From the NCBI RefSeq assembly GCF_963539245.1, contig NZ_CAUTJW010000010.1: a stretch of DNA of 64,000 nt; one strand, written 5' to 3'. Source of the stretch: Rothia mucilaginosa. Its GTDB lineage: Bacteria; Actinomycetota; Actinomycetes; Actinomycetales; Micrococcaceae. The notes under the pieces were generated by a model. The model was given only the letters and a program-made list of their open reading frames with translations. It was not told the DNA's origin and did not search any database. How positions within the stretch are numbered: position 1 is the first letter of the stretch; every line of letters begins with the position of its first letter. Below are positions 17,409-26,880 of the stretch, piece by piece. The position numbers and the translations under genes were made by a program.

Positions 17409-18992
17409 CTATTTAGTGTTTTCTGACTCAGGCTCTGCCTCAGCGTTCTGTGCGGCGGCTTTTGCCTCGGAGGTCTTCTTGGAGGCGTAGAACAGGCACA
17501 CGACCGCGCCCACCGCCGCGGCAACCAGGGGTAGCATCATGGAATCAGCCATTGCCGCCGCGTAGGGTTCACGCAGGACCTGCGGAAGCACGCCTCCAGC
17601 AGCACCGCCGTGAGAGCTACCGCCCGCTGCGGCAGCCGGGCCCAATGCGGACAGGTGCGAGGTAATCGCAGAAGCCATAATCGTCGTAATCGCAGCCGAA
17701 CCGAGCACCGACGCCATCTGACGAGTCTCGTTATACACGCCCGAACCGGCACCGGCACGCTGCGGCGGCAGGTTACGGGTCGCAGACACCGACAGCGGAC
17801 CCCAAATGCAGGCGTTCGCCGCACCCAGAATAATCATCGGGCCAACCATCAGCCACAGGTTGCCTTCCGCAACCATCGTCGGGCGGAGCAGAGCAAAACC
17901 AACAACCATCAGCGTAAAGCCAATCACGGCAATCCACTTCGGGTCGTTACGGTTCAGACGCGCACCCACCACCGGCGCCAACGCGCCCGAGAACAACGCC
18001 ATCGGGGCGGTCATCAGCGCAGCCTGGGTCGGGTCCAGGCCCTCCACCTGCTGCAGGTACAGGGTCAGCGGGAATGCCATGCTGATAGCGACCACACCCA
18101 TAGCGGAGATAGCCACATTCGACACGGAGAAGTTACGGTCACTGAACAGGCTCAGCGGAACCAGCGGCTCACGCGGGTTAATAGCCTGCCAACCAATGAA
18201 CAGACCCAGCACCAGAATGCCGGCAATAATCAGACCCCACACGCTCACCGCAATACCGGTGCCCAGGAACGAATCGGTCATGGTGCCCCAGTCGTAGGTG
18301 GCACCTTCCTGAATACCGAAAACTAGCAGGAACAGACCGACCGCCGAAAGCACCACGCCCAACCAGTCGAAGCTGTGCTTCTTCTGCTCAAACACCGGCA
18401 CGTTACGCCACGCCAAGAACAGACCGACCAAACCCACCGGAATGTTCACGAAGAAAATCCAGCTCCAATTCAGGGCATCCACGAGCACGCCGCCCAGAAT
18501 CGGGCCAACCAGCGAGGCGACACCCGCCGTCGCACCCCAAATACTCATCGCAACACCGCGCGCATTCGGCGGGAACATCAGCGTAATCAGAGACATGGTC
18601 TGCGGGGTCATCAGCGACGCACCCAGGCCCTGCACCACGCGGGCAGTAATCAGCGATTCAACGTTCGGTGCCAGACCACACCACAAGGAAGCAAGCGTAA
18701 AAATAGCCATACCGATCATGTATAGGTTCTTCTGACCGAAGCGGTCACCCATACGGCCGGTAATGAGCAGCGGCACCGCATACGCCAGCAGGTAGGCGCT
18801 CGTCACCCACATGCCCTCCGACAGGGACGCCTCCAAATCCCGCAGCATGTGCGGCAGGGCGATGGTGACAATATTGCCGTCCACCAGGATCATGAAGAAG
18901 CCAATGACGAGGGACCAGAGAGCAGGCCAGGGCTTATACGGTGTCTTCGCCGGGTTACCGACAAGAGGCGCTTTTTTAGGGCGGGAACTCAT
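17409..18992 (-). CDS. MFS transporter, DHA2 (EmrB/QacA-like, 14-TMS) family
   Basis: The 527-aa polytopic product carries motif A, GRMGDRFGQKN. Confidence 0.9.
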   Translation of the reverse strand: MSSRPKKAPLVGNPAKTPYKPWPALWSLVIGFFMILVDGNIVTIALPHMLRDLEASLSEGMWVTSAYLLAYAVPLLITGRMGDRFGQKNLYMIGMAIFTLASLWCGLAPNVESLITARVVQGLGASLMTPQTMSLITLMFPPNARGVAMSIWGATAGVASLVGPILGGVLVDALNWSWIFFVNIPVGLVGLFLAWRNVPVFEQKKHSFDWLGVVLSAVGLFLLVFGIQEGATYDWGTMTDSFLGTGIAVSVWGLIIAGILVLGLFIGWQAINPREPLVPLSLFSDRNFSVSNVAISAMGVVAISMAFPLTLYLQQVEGLDPTQAALMTAPMALFSGALAPVVGARLNRNDPKWIAVIGFTLMVVGFALLRPTMVAEGNLWLMVGPMIILGAANACIWGPLSVSATRNLPPQRAGAGSGVYNETRQMASVLGSAAITTIMASAITSHLSALGPAAAAGGSSHGGAAGGVLPQVLREPYAAAMADSMMLPLVAAAVGAVVCLFYASKKTSEAKAAAQNAEAEPESENTK

Positions 18993-19273
18993 GATCCTCC
19001 AGTGGATGAGCGTTGCGGGTACAGTCTGCGTGTTCAGCGTTGCCGCTAATAAATATCACCCCATCTTACTCCCCTTGTGGGCACGGCTCCGGTTGCTCTA
19101 CCCTAATTCAGCTGTTCACGACGCGTGCGCGAGGCAACCAGGCAACAGGCGCCCTGATGCCACCCCGAAGCACTCTGAACCCACTAGACTGAAGCTATAA
19201 AGCTAATCCGGGCGCCGCAACCGGCGCTCACCCCCATCAAACCACCCTCAACGAGACGACCACGGGAGGACCC

Positions 19274-19591
19274 ATGGGTTTCTTTGATTTCTTCACCGAC
19301 CGCACCCCGGCAGAACCCGCCGAAATCCGCCTCGTCGCTTTCGTCAGCGGCAAAGTGCAGGGCGTGGGCTTCCGCTGGTGGTGCGCCGGAACCGCCAAGC
19401 CCATGGGGCTGACCGGCTACGCCGAAAACCTCGACGACGGGCGCGTGAAAGTCGTTGCGGAAGGTACCGCCGTCTCCTGCGCTCGCCTGGTAGATATTCT
19501 GCGCGGCGGCGACACCGCGGGCCGCGTGGATGAGGTGCTCGTCGAGTGGGAGGAGCCGTCCGGCTCGTTCCGCGGCTTCGGCATCAGGTAG
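19274..19591 (+). CDS. acyP: Acylphosphatase
   Basis: The 105-aa product has the VSGKVQGVGFRWW signature. Confidence 0.85.
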   Translation: MGFFDFFTDRTPAEPAEIRLVAFVSGKVQGVGFRWWCAGTAKPMGLTGYAENLDDGRVKVVAEGTAVSCARLVDILRGGDTAGRVDEVLVEWEEPSGSFRGFGIR

Positions 19592-19627
19592 CGCGGACTA
19601 AAGTAGCGCGGTTTAGCTAGCCCAGAG

Positions 19628-20260
19628 CTAGTCAGACCAGAGCGCCGCGAACTGGGCGCGGGTCATATCGGCGCGGCGCACCCGATGCTGCACCGGGTGG
19701 CCGTTCTCGTCGGGGCGGCCGGAGCTCGGGTCAATATCGTCGTAGATGCCGGTGAAACCCGCCTTAACCGCCACCCGTTCCGAGGGCTCGTTACCCGCCA
19801 GGGCGGTCCAGCGCACACTCTCAAGACCCAAGCCAAGCGGGTCGAAAGCGTAGCCGAGGACGGCACGCAGCGCCTCGGTCATGTAGCCCTTGCCGCGCAC
19901 TTTCGGGGCGGCATAATAGCCCAGTTCGGCGCGGGTTCCGGGGCTTTCGGGGGTGCCCTCGGGCAGGCGCAGTTCAATGGTCCCGGCAAACACGCCGGAG
20001 GCGTCAATCGCCCAGCGTTGAATCTGCCCGGCGGCAATCTGGCGGGCGGTGGTGAGCAGGTAGTCTTCGGCGTCGGCGCGCGTGTAGTTCAACGGGAGGC
20101 GGGTGTAGCGGAGGGTTTCTTCGTCGCGGCAGGATTCCACGATGTCGGGGATGTCCGCCTCGCACAGGTGGCGGAGGGTGAGGCGCTCGGTAATGAGTTC
20201 GGGCTGGTTGGGCTCTACGTGTTCGCTGTGCTCAGAAAAGTCGCTGTGTTCGGGGGTCAT
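19628..20260 (-). CDS. GNAT N-acetyltransferase (RimJ/RimL-like)
   Basis: The 210-aa product has the pattern TERLTLRHL...GTIEL...LGYYAAPKVRGKGYMTEAL, typical of the RimJ/L subgroup. Confidence 0.8.
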   Translation of the reverse strand: MTPEHSDFSEHSEHVEPNQPELITERLTLRHLCEADIPDIVESCRDEETLRYTRLPLNYTRADAEDYLLTTARQIAAGQIQRWAIDASGVFAGTIELRLPEGTPESPGTRAELGYYAAPKVRGKGYMTEALRAVLGYAFDPLGLGLESVRWTALAGNEPSERVAVKAGFTGIYDDIDPSSGRPDENGHPVQHRVRRADMTRAQFAALWSD

Positions 20261-20375
20261 GGTTCGAGCTTAAACCCTCGGGTTTGTGCGTCGGAAAAGC
20301 TTTTGTGAACATCCCAGAATATTCAGTGACGCAAATCACGACTTAATACTCGCATTTTCACCCGTCATCACTTGA

Positions 20376-20398
20376 TTATTATGAATTATTCATAATAA
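20376..20398. promoter_or_regulatory. Perfect 11-1-11 AT-rich palindrome, candidate Fur-family (PerR/Fur-like) operator of ahpCD
   Basis: TTATTATGAAT-T-ATTCATAATAA lies 89 nt upstream of the ahpC ATG and resembles Fur/PerR boxes (TTATAAT-N-ATTATAA type). Confidence 0.5.
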
Positions 20399-20486
20399 AA
20401 TAGTCATCGAGCCCGCCCATTGGGCACCACTTAGAACAAGCGCCGCGCAACGAATCAGCGCGGCACGAAATAGAAAGAAGAACACC

Positions 20487-21068
20487 ATGGCAGTTCTGAC
20501 CATCGGCGACCAGTTCCCCGCATACGAGCTCACCGGCGTTGTCCCCGGTAAGCTGGCTGACATCGAAGCAACCAAGCCCGAAGACTACTTCACCACCGTC
20601 TCCTCCGAGGGTCTGGACGAAGGCACCTGGCGCGTCGTCTTCTTCTGGCCGAAGGACTTCACCTTCGTTTGCCCCACCGAGATTGCAGCATTCGGCAAGC
20701 TCGCTGACGAGTTCGAGGCGCGCGACACCCAGGTAATCGGTGTTTCCGTTGACAACGAGTACACCCACTACGCATGGCGCCGCTCCCACGAAGAGCTCCT
20801 GGACCTGCCCATCGTCATGGCATCCGACCTCAAGCGTGAGCTGGTCAGCGCACTGGGCATCCTGAACAAAGACGGCGTTGCAGACCGCGCAACCTTCATC
20901 ATCGACCCCCACAACACCATCCAGTCGGTCTCCATTACCGCTGACTCCGTCGGCCGTAACACCGACGAGGTGCTCCGCCAGCTGGACGCACTGCAGTCCG
21001 ACGAGCTGTGCGCATGCAACTGGCAGAAGGGTGCAGCAACCATCGACGCATTCAAGGAGATGAAGTAA
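20487..21068 (+). CDS. ahpC: Alkyl hydroperoxide reductase C (peroxiredoxin)
   Basis: FFWPKDFTFVCPTEI is the peroxidatic Cys motif, and the C-terminal LCACNW supplies the resolving Cys. Confidence 0.95.
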   Translation: MAVLTIGDQFPAYELTGVVPGKLADIEATKPEDYFTTVSSEGLDEGTWRVVFFWPKDFTFVCPTEIAAFGKLADEFEARDTQVIGVSVDNEYTHYAWRRSHEELLDLPIVMASDLKRELVSALGILNKDGVADRATFIIDPHNTIQSVSITADSVGRNTDEVLRQLDALQSDELCACNWQKGAATIDAFKEMK

Positions 21069-21071
21069 TCC

Positions 21072-21602
21072 ATGAGCATCGATAACCTGCGTTCCGCTCT
21101 GCCTTCCTACGCGAAGGACATGAACCTCAACCTGTCCTCCCTGCCCCGCATCACCTCCCTGACCGAGCAGCAGCTCTGGGGCGCAATCCTCGCAACCGCA
21201 GCAGCAACCAAGGTTGACTCTGTTGTTGTTGAGATTGCTGCAGAGGCTAAGGAGCACCTGAGCGACACCGCTTACGAGGCTGCTCTGGGTGCTGCGACCA
21301 TCATGGGCATGAACAACATCTTCTACCGCACCCGTGGCTTCCTGCACGGTGCATACGATGACCAGCGTGCAAACCTGCGCATGCAGATCATCGGCAAGAA
21401 CGGTGGCATTGAGAAGCTGGACTTCGAGATGTTCGCACTGGCAGTGTCCGCAGTCAACGGCTGCTCCCACTGCGTTGAGGCTCACGAGCACACCCTGCGC
21501 GAAGAGGGCGCAACCAAGGAGCAGGTCAACGACCTGATCCGCATTGCTGCAACCCTCGGTGGCGTGGCACAGGGCATTCAGCTGGCTGAGGCACTGGGCT
21601 AA
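21072..21602 (+). CDS. ahpD: Alkylhydroperoxidase AhpD
   Basis: The CxxC motif NGCSHCVEAH is present, and the gene lies 3 nt after ahpC. Confidence 0.9.
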   Translation: MSIDNLRSALPSYAKDMNLNLSSLPRITSLTEQQLWGAILATAAATKVDSVVVEIAAEAKEHLSDTAYEAALGAATIMGMNNIFYRTRGFLHGAYDDQRANLRMQIIGKNGGIEKLDFEMFALAVSAVNGCSHCVEAHEHTLREEGATKEQVNDLIRIAATLGGVAQGIQLAEALG

Positions 21603-21672
21603 ACCCACTCAGCATTAGAGCACACACAGAAGCGGCGCATCCACCCCATCACGGGGTCGGATGCGCCGCTTC
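21582..21672 (+). repeat. Direct repeat copy 1: last 7 codons of ahpD plus its terminator hairpin
   Basis: The repeat reads CTGGCTGAGGCACTGGGCTAAACCCACTCAGC...GAAGCGGCGCATCC-loop-GGATGCGCCGCTTC, and the hairpin at 21629-21672 has a perfect 14-bp stem. It is about 90% identical by eye to 22236-22322. Confidence 0.85.
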
Positions 21673-21760
21673 CTTTATGCACAGATTATGCCCTGCAGTA
21701 GCTAAAAACGCGTTGGACGGCTTTCCTAGCTCCCTCGATTTGGCGCTATACAATGCCTGT

Positions 21761-22201
21761 ATGCGGTACTGTATTTTGGACTCCACCAGCCCTCTTCCCA
21801 GCGTAGAAGAACTCACTGAGCTTTACGATTCTGTCGGCTGGAGCGCCTATACCAAAACGCCTGAACGTCTCATCCCGATGCTGGAAGGTTCACGGTATCT
21901 ATACACCGCACGAGAGGCGACTACGGAAGGAACAGGACGGCTCCTCGGGCTAGTCCGCGCCGTCGGGGACGGACAATCTATCGCCTACATTCAGGACCTC
22001 CTAGTGCATCCGCACGCCCAGCGTCAGGGCGTTGGCTCTGCGCTTCTAAAGCGTGTCATTGATGACTTTGACCGAGAAGACATTCGACAGCGACTCATTA
22101 CTACCGACGTCGCTAGTGAACACGCCGTTGCGCTCTACAGATGCTACGGCTACGCCCCCGTAGAGGTAGCAGGATGCATCACCCTTGCATGCTATCGATG
22201 A
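21761..22201 (+). CDS. GNAT family acetyltransferase (inserted cassette)
   Basis: The acetyl-CoA binding motif is VHPHAQRQGVGSALL. A TATACAAT -10-like box lies about 5 nt upstream. G+C is lower than in ahpCD. Confidence 0.75.
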   Translation: MRYCILDSTSPLPSVEELTELYDSVGWSAYTKTPERLIPMLEGSRYLYTAREATTEGTGRLLGLVRAVGDGQSIAYIQDLLVHPHAQRQGVGSALLKRVIDDFDREDIRQRLITTDVASEHAVALYRCYGYAPVEVAGCITLACYR

Positions 22202-22235
22202 GGCAATATCTCGCATGCAACTCAACTCGTTCAAA

Positions 22236-22322
22236 CTGGCTGAGGCACTGGGCTAAACCCACTCAGCGTTAGAACTTACACAGAAGCGGCGCATCCACCC
22301 CATCACGGGTCGGATGCGCCAC
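22236..22322 (+). repeat. Direct repeat copy 2: orphan copy of the ahpD 3' end plus a degenerate terminator
   Basis: It has the same 5' boundary (CTGGCTGAGGCACTGGGCTAA) as copy 1, with about 7 differences. The hairpin 3' arm is degraded to GGATGCGCCACTTT. Confidence 0.85.
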
Positions 22323-22332
22323 TTTGTTTTAA

Positions 22333-22992
22333 CTACTTTTGGCTGTCCGCAGCGCCAGTGCGCAGGGCTGCATCCCAGCTACTCGCCAGGCGCGTCGCCG
22401 CGGCCACCAGAGCCGCCAAATCCTCGGCGTACACCGGGGTCGAGCGCACGCCCGCACACCAGTCAATCGTGCCCAAACCCAGCCAGGGCTTACCGGGGAA
22501 GAACTCGCGCCGCAGCGCCACGCGGCGCTTACCCAGGGCGCGGCGACCGGGCACGTACCCGCCGCGGCTGATGAACAGCGCCTCGCGGCCCTCGGACTCC
22601 ACCAGCACCTCCAGTGCCCTCAACGCGGGAACCCAGTTCGGCTCCCCCACACTCGCCAGGTCGGCCGACTCGGGGTATTCACTCTTGTGCTCGGCCACGC
22701 TCACGCCCAGGATGTACTGGTAACGCACTTGCCCGAGCTCCTGCGGCAGGCCGCGGTCGGCGGTCTGAATCGTGCCGCACAGGTGGCGGGCGACCGGCTT
22801 ACCCTCGACAGTCACGCCGGCCAGGGGCAGATCGGGGCCGTCCAGATAGAGCCCCACCGCGCCGGTACCCGTAATGTTGGGGCGCACCGACCAGCCGGGA
22901 AGCGCCTCCTCCAGATGGGGTATAACCCCCTGCAGGACCCCGAAAACTTCGTCGCGCGATACCGCCACGGCGGCTCCTTTCACCTTACGCAA
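22333..22992 (-). CDS. Hypothetical protein
   Basis: The 219-codon ORF has native composition and I recognise no motif. The track start is TTG, so the true start is uncertain. Confidence 0.5.
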   Translation of the reverse strand: MRKVKGAAVAVSRDEVFGVLQGVIPHLEEALPGWSVRPNITGTGAVGLYLDGPDLPLAGVTVEGKPVARHLCGTIQTADRGLPQELGQVRYQYILGVSVAEHKSEYPESADLASVGEPNWVPALRALEVLVESEGREALFISRGGYVPGRRALGKRRVALRREFFPGKPWLGLGTIDWCAGVRSTPVYAEDLAALVAAATRLASSWDAALRTGAADSQK

Positions 22993-23453
22993 ATTTCGTC
23001 TAGTCCCAGCTTAGCGAGCGCTCCGCTTACGGGAGGGTAGCCACACCATGAGCGCCGACAGCGCCGCACCGGCAAACATCATGATCACCATAGACTCCAC
23101 CACATTCAGGGGGCTCAACGCCAACAGCAGCGAAGAAATGATGCCGCTACCGTACTGAAAGGACCCAGCGCAAAAACAATCATGACAGAGCATTGGGGGT
23201 GGAGATTCACTCATTCTACGCCCATCTTTTAGCGCGCCCACAAGCTTCTCCGTTACGTCTCAGAGCTCGTCATGAGCACCTCTCAACTAGGAGCAGAGGC
23301 GGCGGCGGGTCTACAATAAATCGGTGCCATTTCAGGTACGCGCACAGGCAGATAGAGCCGGATGCGGTGATAACGTCGTCACCCGACCCCCCGTTGCGCA
23401 CACTTCCCCTACCGGCACCCCACAGCACACATTACGTACGCAGGAGAACGCCC

Positions 23454-24245
23454 ATGCACGAGCTCTTTGACCCGGACCAGGTATTCCGCATCGTCGACAT
23501 TGCCGCCGTTGTCGCTAACGGCCTGCTCGGCGGTGCCGTGGCGCGCGCCTTCCGGTTCGATATTGTGGGCTTCTTGCTGCTCGCGGTCGCCTGCGGCATG
23601 GGTGGCGGTATGATCCGTGACATTCTGCTCAACTCGGGCCTGCCGGTGGCGCTCACCGACGGCGGCTACTGGGTGGGCGCTATCGGCTCGTCAATTCTGG
23701 CGTACAGCCTCGATTTGAGTGCCCGCTGGGCAACCCGAACCATGCTCATTATTGACTTTGTCGGCATGGGTGCGTGGGCGGCAACCGGCACCATTAAGTC
23801 CCTGAACCTGGGTCTGCACTGGCTGCCCGCTATCGCGCTGGGTGTGACCACCGCGGTCGGTGGCGGCGTTATTCGTGACATCATGGTCAACCGTATTCCG
23901 GCAATCTTTGGTGGTAACTCTCTGTACGCTACCGTGGCGTTTGTGGGTGCCGCCGAGACCGCCCTCGTGACGGGCCTATTCCACCGCCCGAACCTGGCGA
24001 TGGGTCTGTCCATTCTGCTGTGTTTGGTGCTGGGTGTGCTCTCCCATATGAAGAATTGGCAGCTGCCGACCACTCCGGCTGAGCTTCGTGTGCCTCGCCC
24101 GCGCCTCTTCAATTTTGGTAAGCAGGAGGACCGCACCGTCGCTAATGAGGGCTGGTCGCCCGGTGAGCCGCTCACTGAGCAGCTTGAGATTATTAACGCT
24201 GAGCAGCTGGAGGAGTACCGCCGCTCTAAGGGGCTTTCAGAGTAA
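23454..24245 (+). CDS. TRIC/UPF0126 (YadS-type) membrane channel protein
   Basis: It has two internal repeats, each ending GGGMIRDILL / GGGVIRDIMV. The start was set at ATG 23454 behind AGGAGAA; the upstream part of the track ORF is Arg/Pro-rich. Confidence 0.8.
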   Translation: MHELFDPDQVFRIVDIAAVVANGLLGGAVARAFRFDIVGFLLLAVACGMGGGMIRDILLNSGLPVALTDGGYWVGAIGSSILAYSLDLSARWATRTMLIIDFVGMGAWAATGTIKSLNLGLHWLPAIALGVTTAVGGGVIRDIMVNRIPAIFGGNSLYATVAFVGAAETALVTGLFHRPNLAMGLSILLCLVLGVLSHMKNWQLPTTPAELRVPRPRLFNFGKQEDRTVANEGWSPGEPLTEQLEIINAEQLEEYRRSKGLSE

Positions 24246-24269
24246 AAGCCAATATATGCTGAATATAGA

Positions 24270-24327
24270 ATATGGGCTGGTTTCCGCTGGTTAGATGCTT
24301 ATCTGACGGGCAGAAACCAGCCCATAT
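24270..24327. terminator. Bidirectional hairpin between convergent genes
   Basis: ATATGGGCTGGTTTC-29 nt-GAAACCAGCCCATAT is a perfect 15-bp stem. Confidence 0.65.
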
Positions 24328-24345
24328 TTACTATGTACAGTACAA

Positions 24346-25095
24346 CTAAATCGTGTACTCAGTGCTGTCGTACACGGTCAGGAACTTGCGGATACGCTCA
24401 TCGTCCGAGGCGAAGAAGCCATTCGGCTCACCGTTATAGCGCAGGGTACCGTTCTCCAGGAACACGATGCGGTCTGCGACCTTCTTCGCAAACGCCATAT
24501 TGTGCGTCACGATGACCAGGGAGCGACCCTCCTTCGCCAGCTGCATCAGCACGCGAATCACCTCGGCCTCAAGCTCGGGGTCCAGGGCGCTCGTCGGCTC
24601 GTCGAAGAGCAGGTATGCCGGTTCCAGCGCCAGGGCGCGGGCAATCGCCACGCGCTGCTGCTGACCGCCCGAGAGCGACTCCGGGTAGGAGCCGGTCTTA
24701 TCGGCTAGACCCACCTTGGCGAGCAGCTCGCGGGCGCGCTCCTCAGCCTGCTTGGCGTCCAGGGTGCCGTTGAGGGTCGGGGCGAGCGCCACGTTCTTCA
24801 GCGCCGTGTAGTTCGGGAACAGGTTGAACTGCTGGAACACCATCGCCGAGCGGGAGCGAATATCACGCACCTGCGCGTCGGTGAGCTTCTGACTGTAATC
24901 CACCTGCGCGTCATCAATGGTGAGCGTGCCGGACTGCGGGGTTTCCAGCAGGTTCAGGCAGCGCAGCAGGGTCGACTTGCCGCTACCGGAGGGGCCCAGA
25001 ATCACCGTGGTCTCACCGTCGGGGATGTCCAGGCTGATGTTCTTGAGCACCTGCGTCTCGCCGAAGCTCTTCGACAGGGAATCAACGCTAAGCAT
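24346..25095 (-). CDS. Polar amino-acid ABC transporter ATP-binding protein (GlnQ/TcyN-like)
   Basis: GPSGSGKSTLLRCLN, LSGGQQQRVAIARAL and LLFDEPTSALD are present. Confidence 0.9.
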   Translation of the reverse strand: MLSVDSLSKSFGETQVLKNISLDIPDGETTVILGPSGSGKSTLLRCLNLLETPQSGTLTIDDAQVDYSQKLTDAQVRDIRSRSAMVFQQFNLFPNYTALKNVALAPTLNGTLDAKQAEERARELLAKVGLADKTGSYPESLSGGQQQRVAIARALALEPAYLLFDEPTSALDPELEAEVIRVLMQLAKEGRSLVIVTHNMAFAKKVADRIVFLENGTLRYNGEPNGFFASDDERIRKFLTVYDSTEYTI

Positions 25096-25762
25096 TGTTG
25101 CTCCTCACGTAACGGTTGCTGTACTTCTCCAGCGCCGACTGCGCGGCGGTCAGCAGAGTGAAAATCACCAGGTAAATAATGGCGACTTCGGAGTACATTG
25201 CCAGCGGCTCGAAGGTACGCGACGCGATCTGCTTACCGGTCTGGAACAGGTCAACCATCGAAATAACCGACACCAGCGAAGTGCCCTTAATCAGGTCAAT
25301 AAAGTTGTTGCCCAGGTTCGGCAGCGCGATGCGCACCGCCTGCGGAATCACCACGTGGCGCAGGGTCTGCATGCGGGTGAAGTTCAGGGTTGCCGCCGCC
25401 TCAAACTGGCCACGGGGAATAGCCGCCACCGCGGAGCGGAAGGTTTCCGCCACGTACGCGCCGGTGTGCAGGCTCATCGTGATGATCGCGGCACTCCATA
25501 CGTCCAGTGCGATACCGACCTTCGGCAGGCCGTAGAAGACGATGAACAGCTGAACCAGCAGCGGGGTGCCACGGAAAACCCAAATGTACACCCACGCCAG
25601 CCAGTTCACCGGCGCAAAACGGCTCGTACGCGCGCCAGCAGACACAATGCCGACCAGCAGCGCCACCGCGAACGAAATCAGCGACAGCGGGATAGTCACT
25701 GCCAGGGTCGAGCCCAGCAGCTGAGGCAGGGACTCAGCCCAAAGATTCAGGTAGCGTTCCAT
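25088..25762 (-). CDS. Polar amino-acid ABC transporter permease (HisMQ family)
   Basis: The 224-aa product has 5 TM segments and the FRGTPLLVQLFIVFYGLP motif. It overlaps the ATPase gene by 8 nt. Confidence 0.9.
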   Translation of the reverse strand: MERYLNLWAESLPQLLGSTLAVTIPLSLISFAVALLVGIVSAGARTSRFAPVNWLAWVYIWVFRGTPLLVQLFIVFYGLPKVGIALDVWSAAIITMSLHTGAYVAETFRSAVAAIPRGQFEAAATLNFTRMQTLRHVVIPQAVRIALPNLGNNFIDLIKGTSLVSVISMVDLFQTGKQIASRTFEPLAMYSEVAIIYLVIFTLLTAAQSALEKYSNRYVRSNNA

Positions 25763-25791
25763 GAACGGAACTCAGCTCCTTATAGAAAGTA

Positions 25792-26610
25792 TTAGTTCTT
25801 CGGGGAGAGGTCTTCGCCCACGTACTTCTCGTAAATCGCCTTGATGTCACCGTTCTGCAGGTGCTTCTTCAGCGACTCGTCGATAGCGTTGCGCAGGGCG
25901 TCCTGGCCCTTAGCCATCAGGATGGAGGAGTTGCTGCCGGTACCCAGGTCACCGGAGAGCAGGCGCAGGTTAGCGTCCGGGTGCTCCTTGAAGTACTCAG
26001 CGAAGGACACGGAGTCGTTCGCGGTCATCTCGGCGCGGCCCGAGAGGACCTGTTCGATAGCCTCATCGAAACCGGAAACAACCACGATTGAGGCGCCCTT
26101 CGCCTCCACCATCTTGCGGAAGTTCGAGGTCTCGGACTGCGCCGAGGAGTGGCCGGAAATCTCGCTCACGTTCTGCAGGGAAGAATCCTTCTTCACGGCA
26201 ACCTTCGGCTCCGAGTACAGGTAGGGTACGGAGAAGTCGTACTTCTGCTTACGCTCGTCGGTTGCGGAGACGTTGTTGATGACGATGTCGTAGCGGTCAG
26301 CGTCCACGCCAGCGATCAGCGAATCCCAGGGGGTCTCGATGAACTCGGCGGTCACGCCCAGATCCTTAGCGACCAGGTCGGCGATTTCCTTCTCGAAGCC
26401 GACCAGGGCGCCGTTCGAGTCGTGGAAAGAGAAGGGGCGGTAGGTGCCCTCCAGGCCCACACGGATCTTGCCGGCAGACTTGATAGCCTCCAGCTTGTTG
26501 GTGCTGGATGCAGTGCTGCTGCCGTTGGAGCCGCACGCTGCGAGCAGTGCAGCCAGGCCGGTGAATGCGGAGCCTGCGAGGACGGTGCGGCGGTTAATCA
26601 TTGCGGACAT
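25792..26610 (-). CDS. Polar amino-acid (cystine-type) substrate-binding lipoprotein, paralog 1
   Basis: The lipobox is LAALLAACGS. The SBP_bac_3-type body carries KIRVGLEGTYRPFSFHD. Confidence 0.85.
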   Translation of the reverse strand: MSAMINRRTVLAGSAFTGLAALLAACGSNGSSTASSTNKLEAIKSAGKIRVGLEGTYRPFSFHDSNGALVGFEKEIADLVAKDLGVTAEFIETPWDSLIAGVDADRYDIVINNVSATDERKQKYDFSVPYLYSEPKVAVKKDSSLQNVSEISGHSSAQSETSNFRKMVEAKGASIVVVSGFDEAIEQVLSGRAEMTANDSVSFAEYFKEHPDANLRLLSGDLGTGSNSSILMAKGQDALRNAIDESLKKHLQNGDIKAIYEKYVGEDLSPKN

Positions 26611-26880
26611 AGTGTTCTTCTTTCGTGTGCTGGTCGATGCTCTTCTAGTTGCGGGTTGTCACCCTGCGGTAACTCGGGGGCATCATGCGGTGTGCCCCTC
26701 TCTGCGGGTGCAACGCTGGCTATCCTACAGCTATTCCAGACCCGAGAGAATTCAACGTAATATTCCGTCATATTCTCTCATCGGTGCGGGATAAGCCACG
26801 GAGACATCAACCACGACGCAATTTCAGAAGTCCTGGCGGGTGAGCCCTTTCCGGGCCCCTTCCGAGCCTTTCACGAAAGC

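Noticed and set aside
23011-23241. A 76-codon minus-strand ORF with a hydrophobic C-terminus (GIISSLLLALSPLNVVESMVIMMFAGAALSALMVW).
   Set aside because: It may be a remnant of a small multidrug/EamA-type gene or a genuine small membrane protein. It has no clear start or SD, and its N-terminal half is not protein-like, so I did not call it.
23242-23453. Glycine riboswitch upstream of the UPF0126 (glycine-transporter-type) gene.
   Set aside because: No ACCGAAGGGGCAA / CUCUGGAGAG type blocks were seen in the leader.
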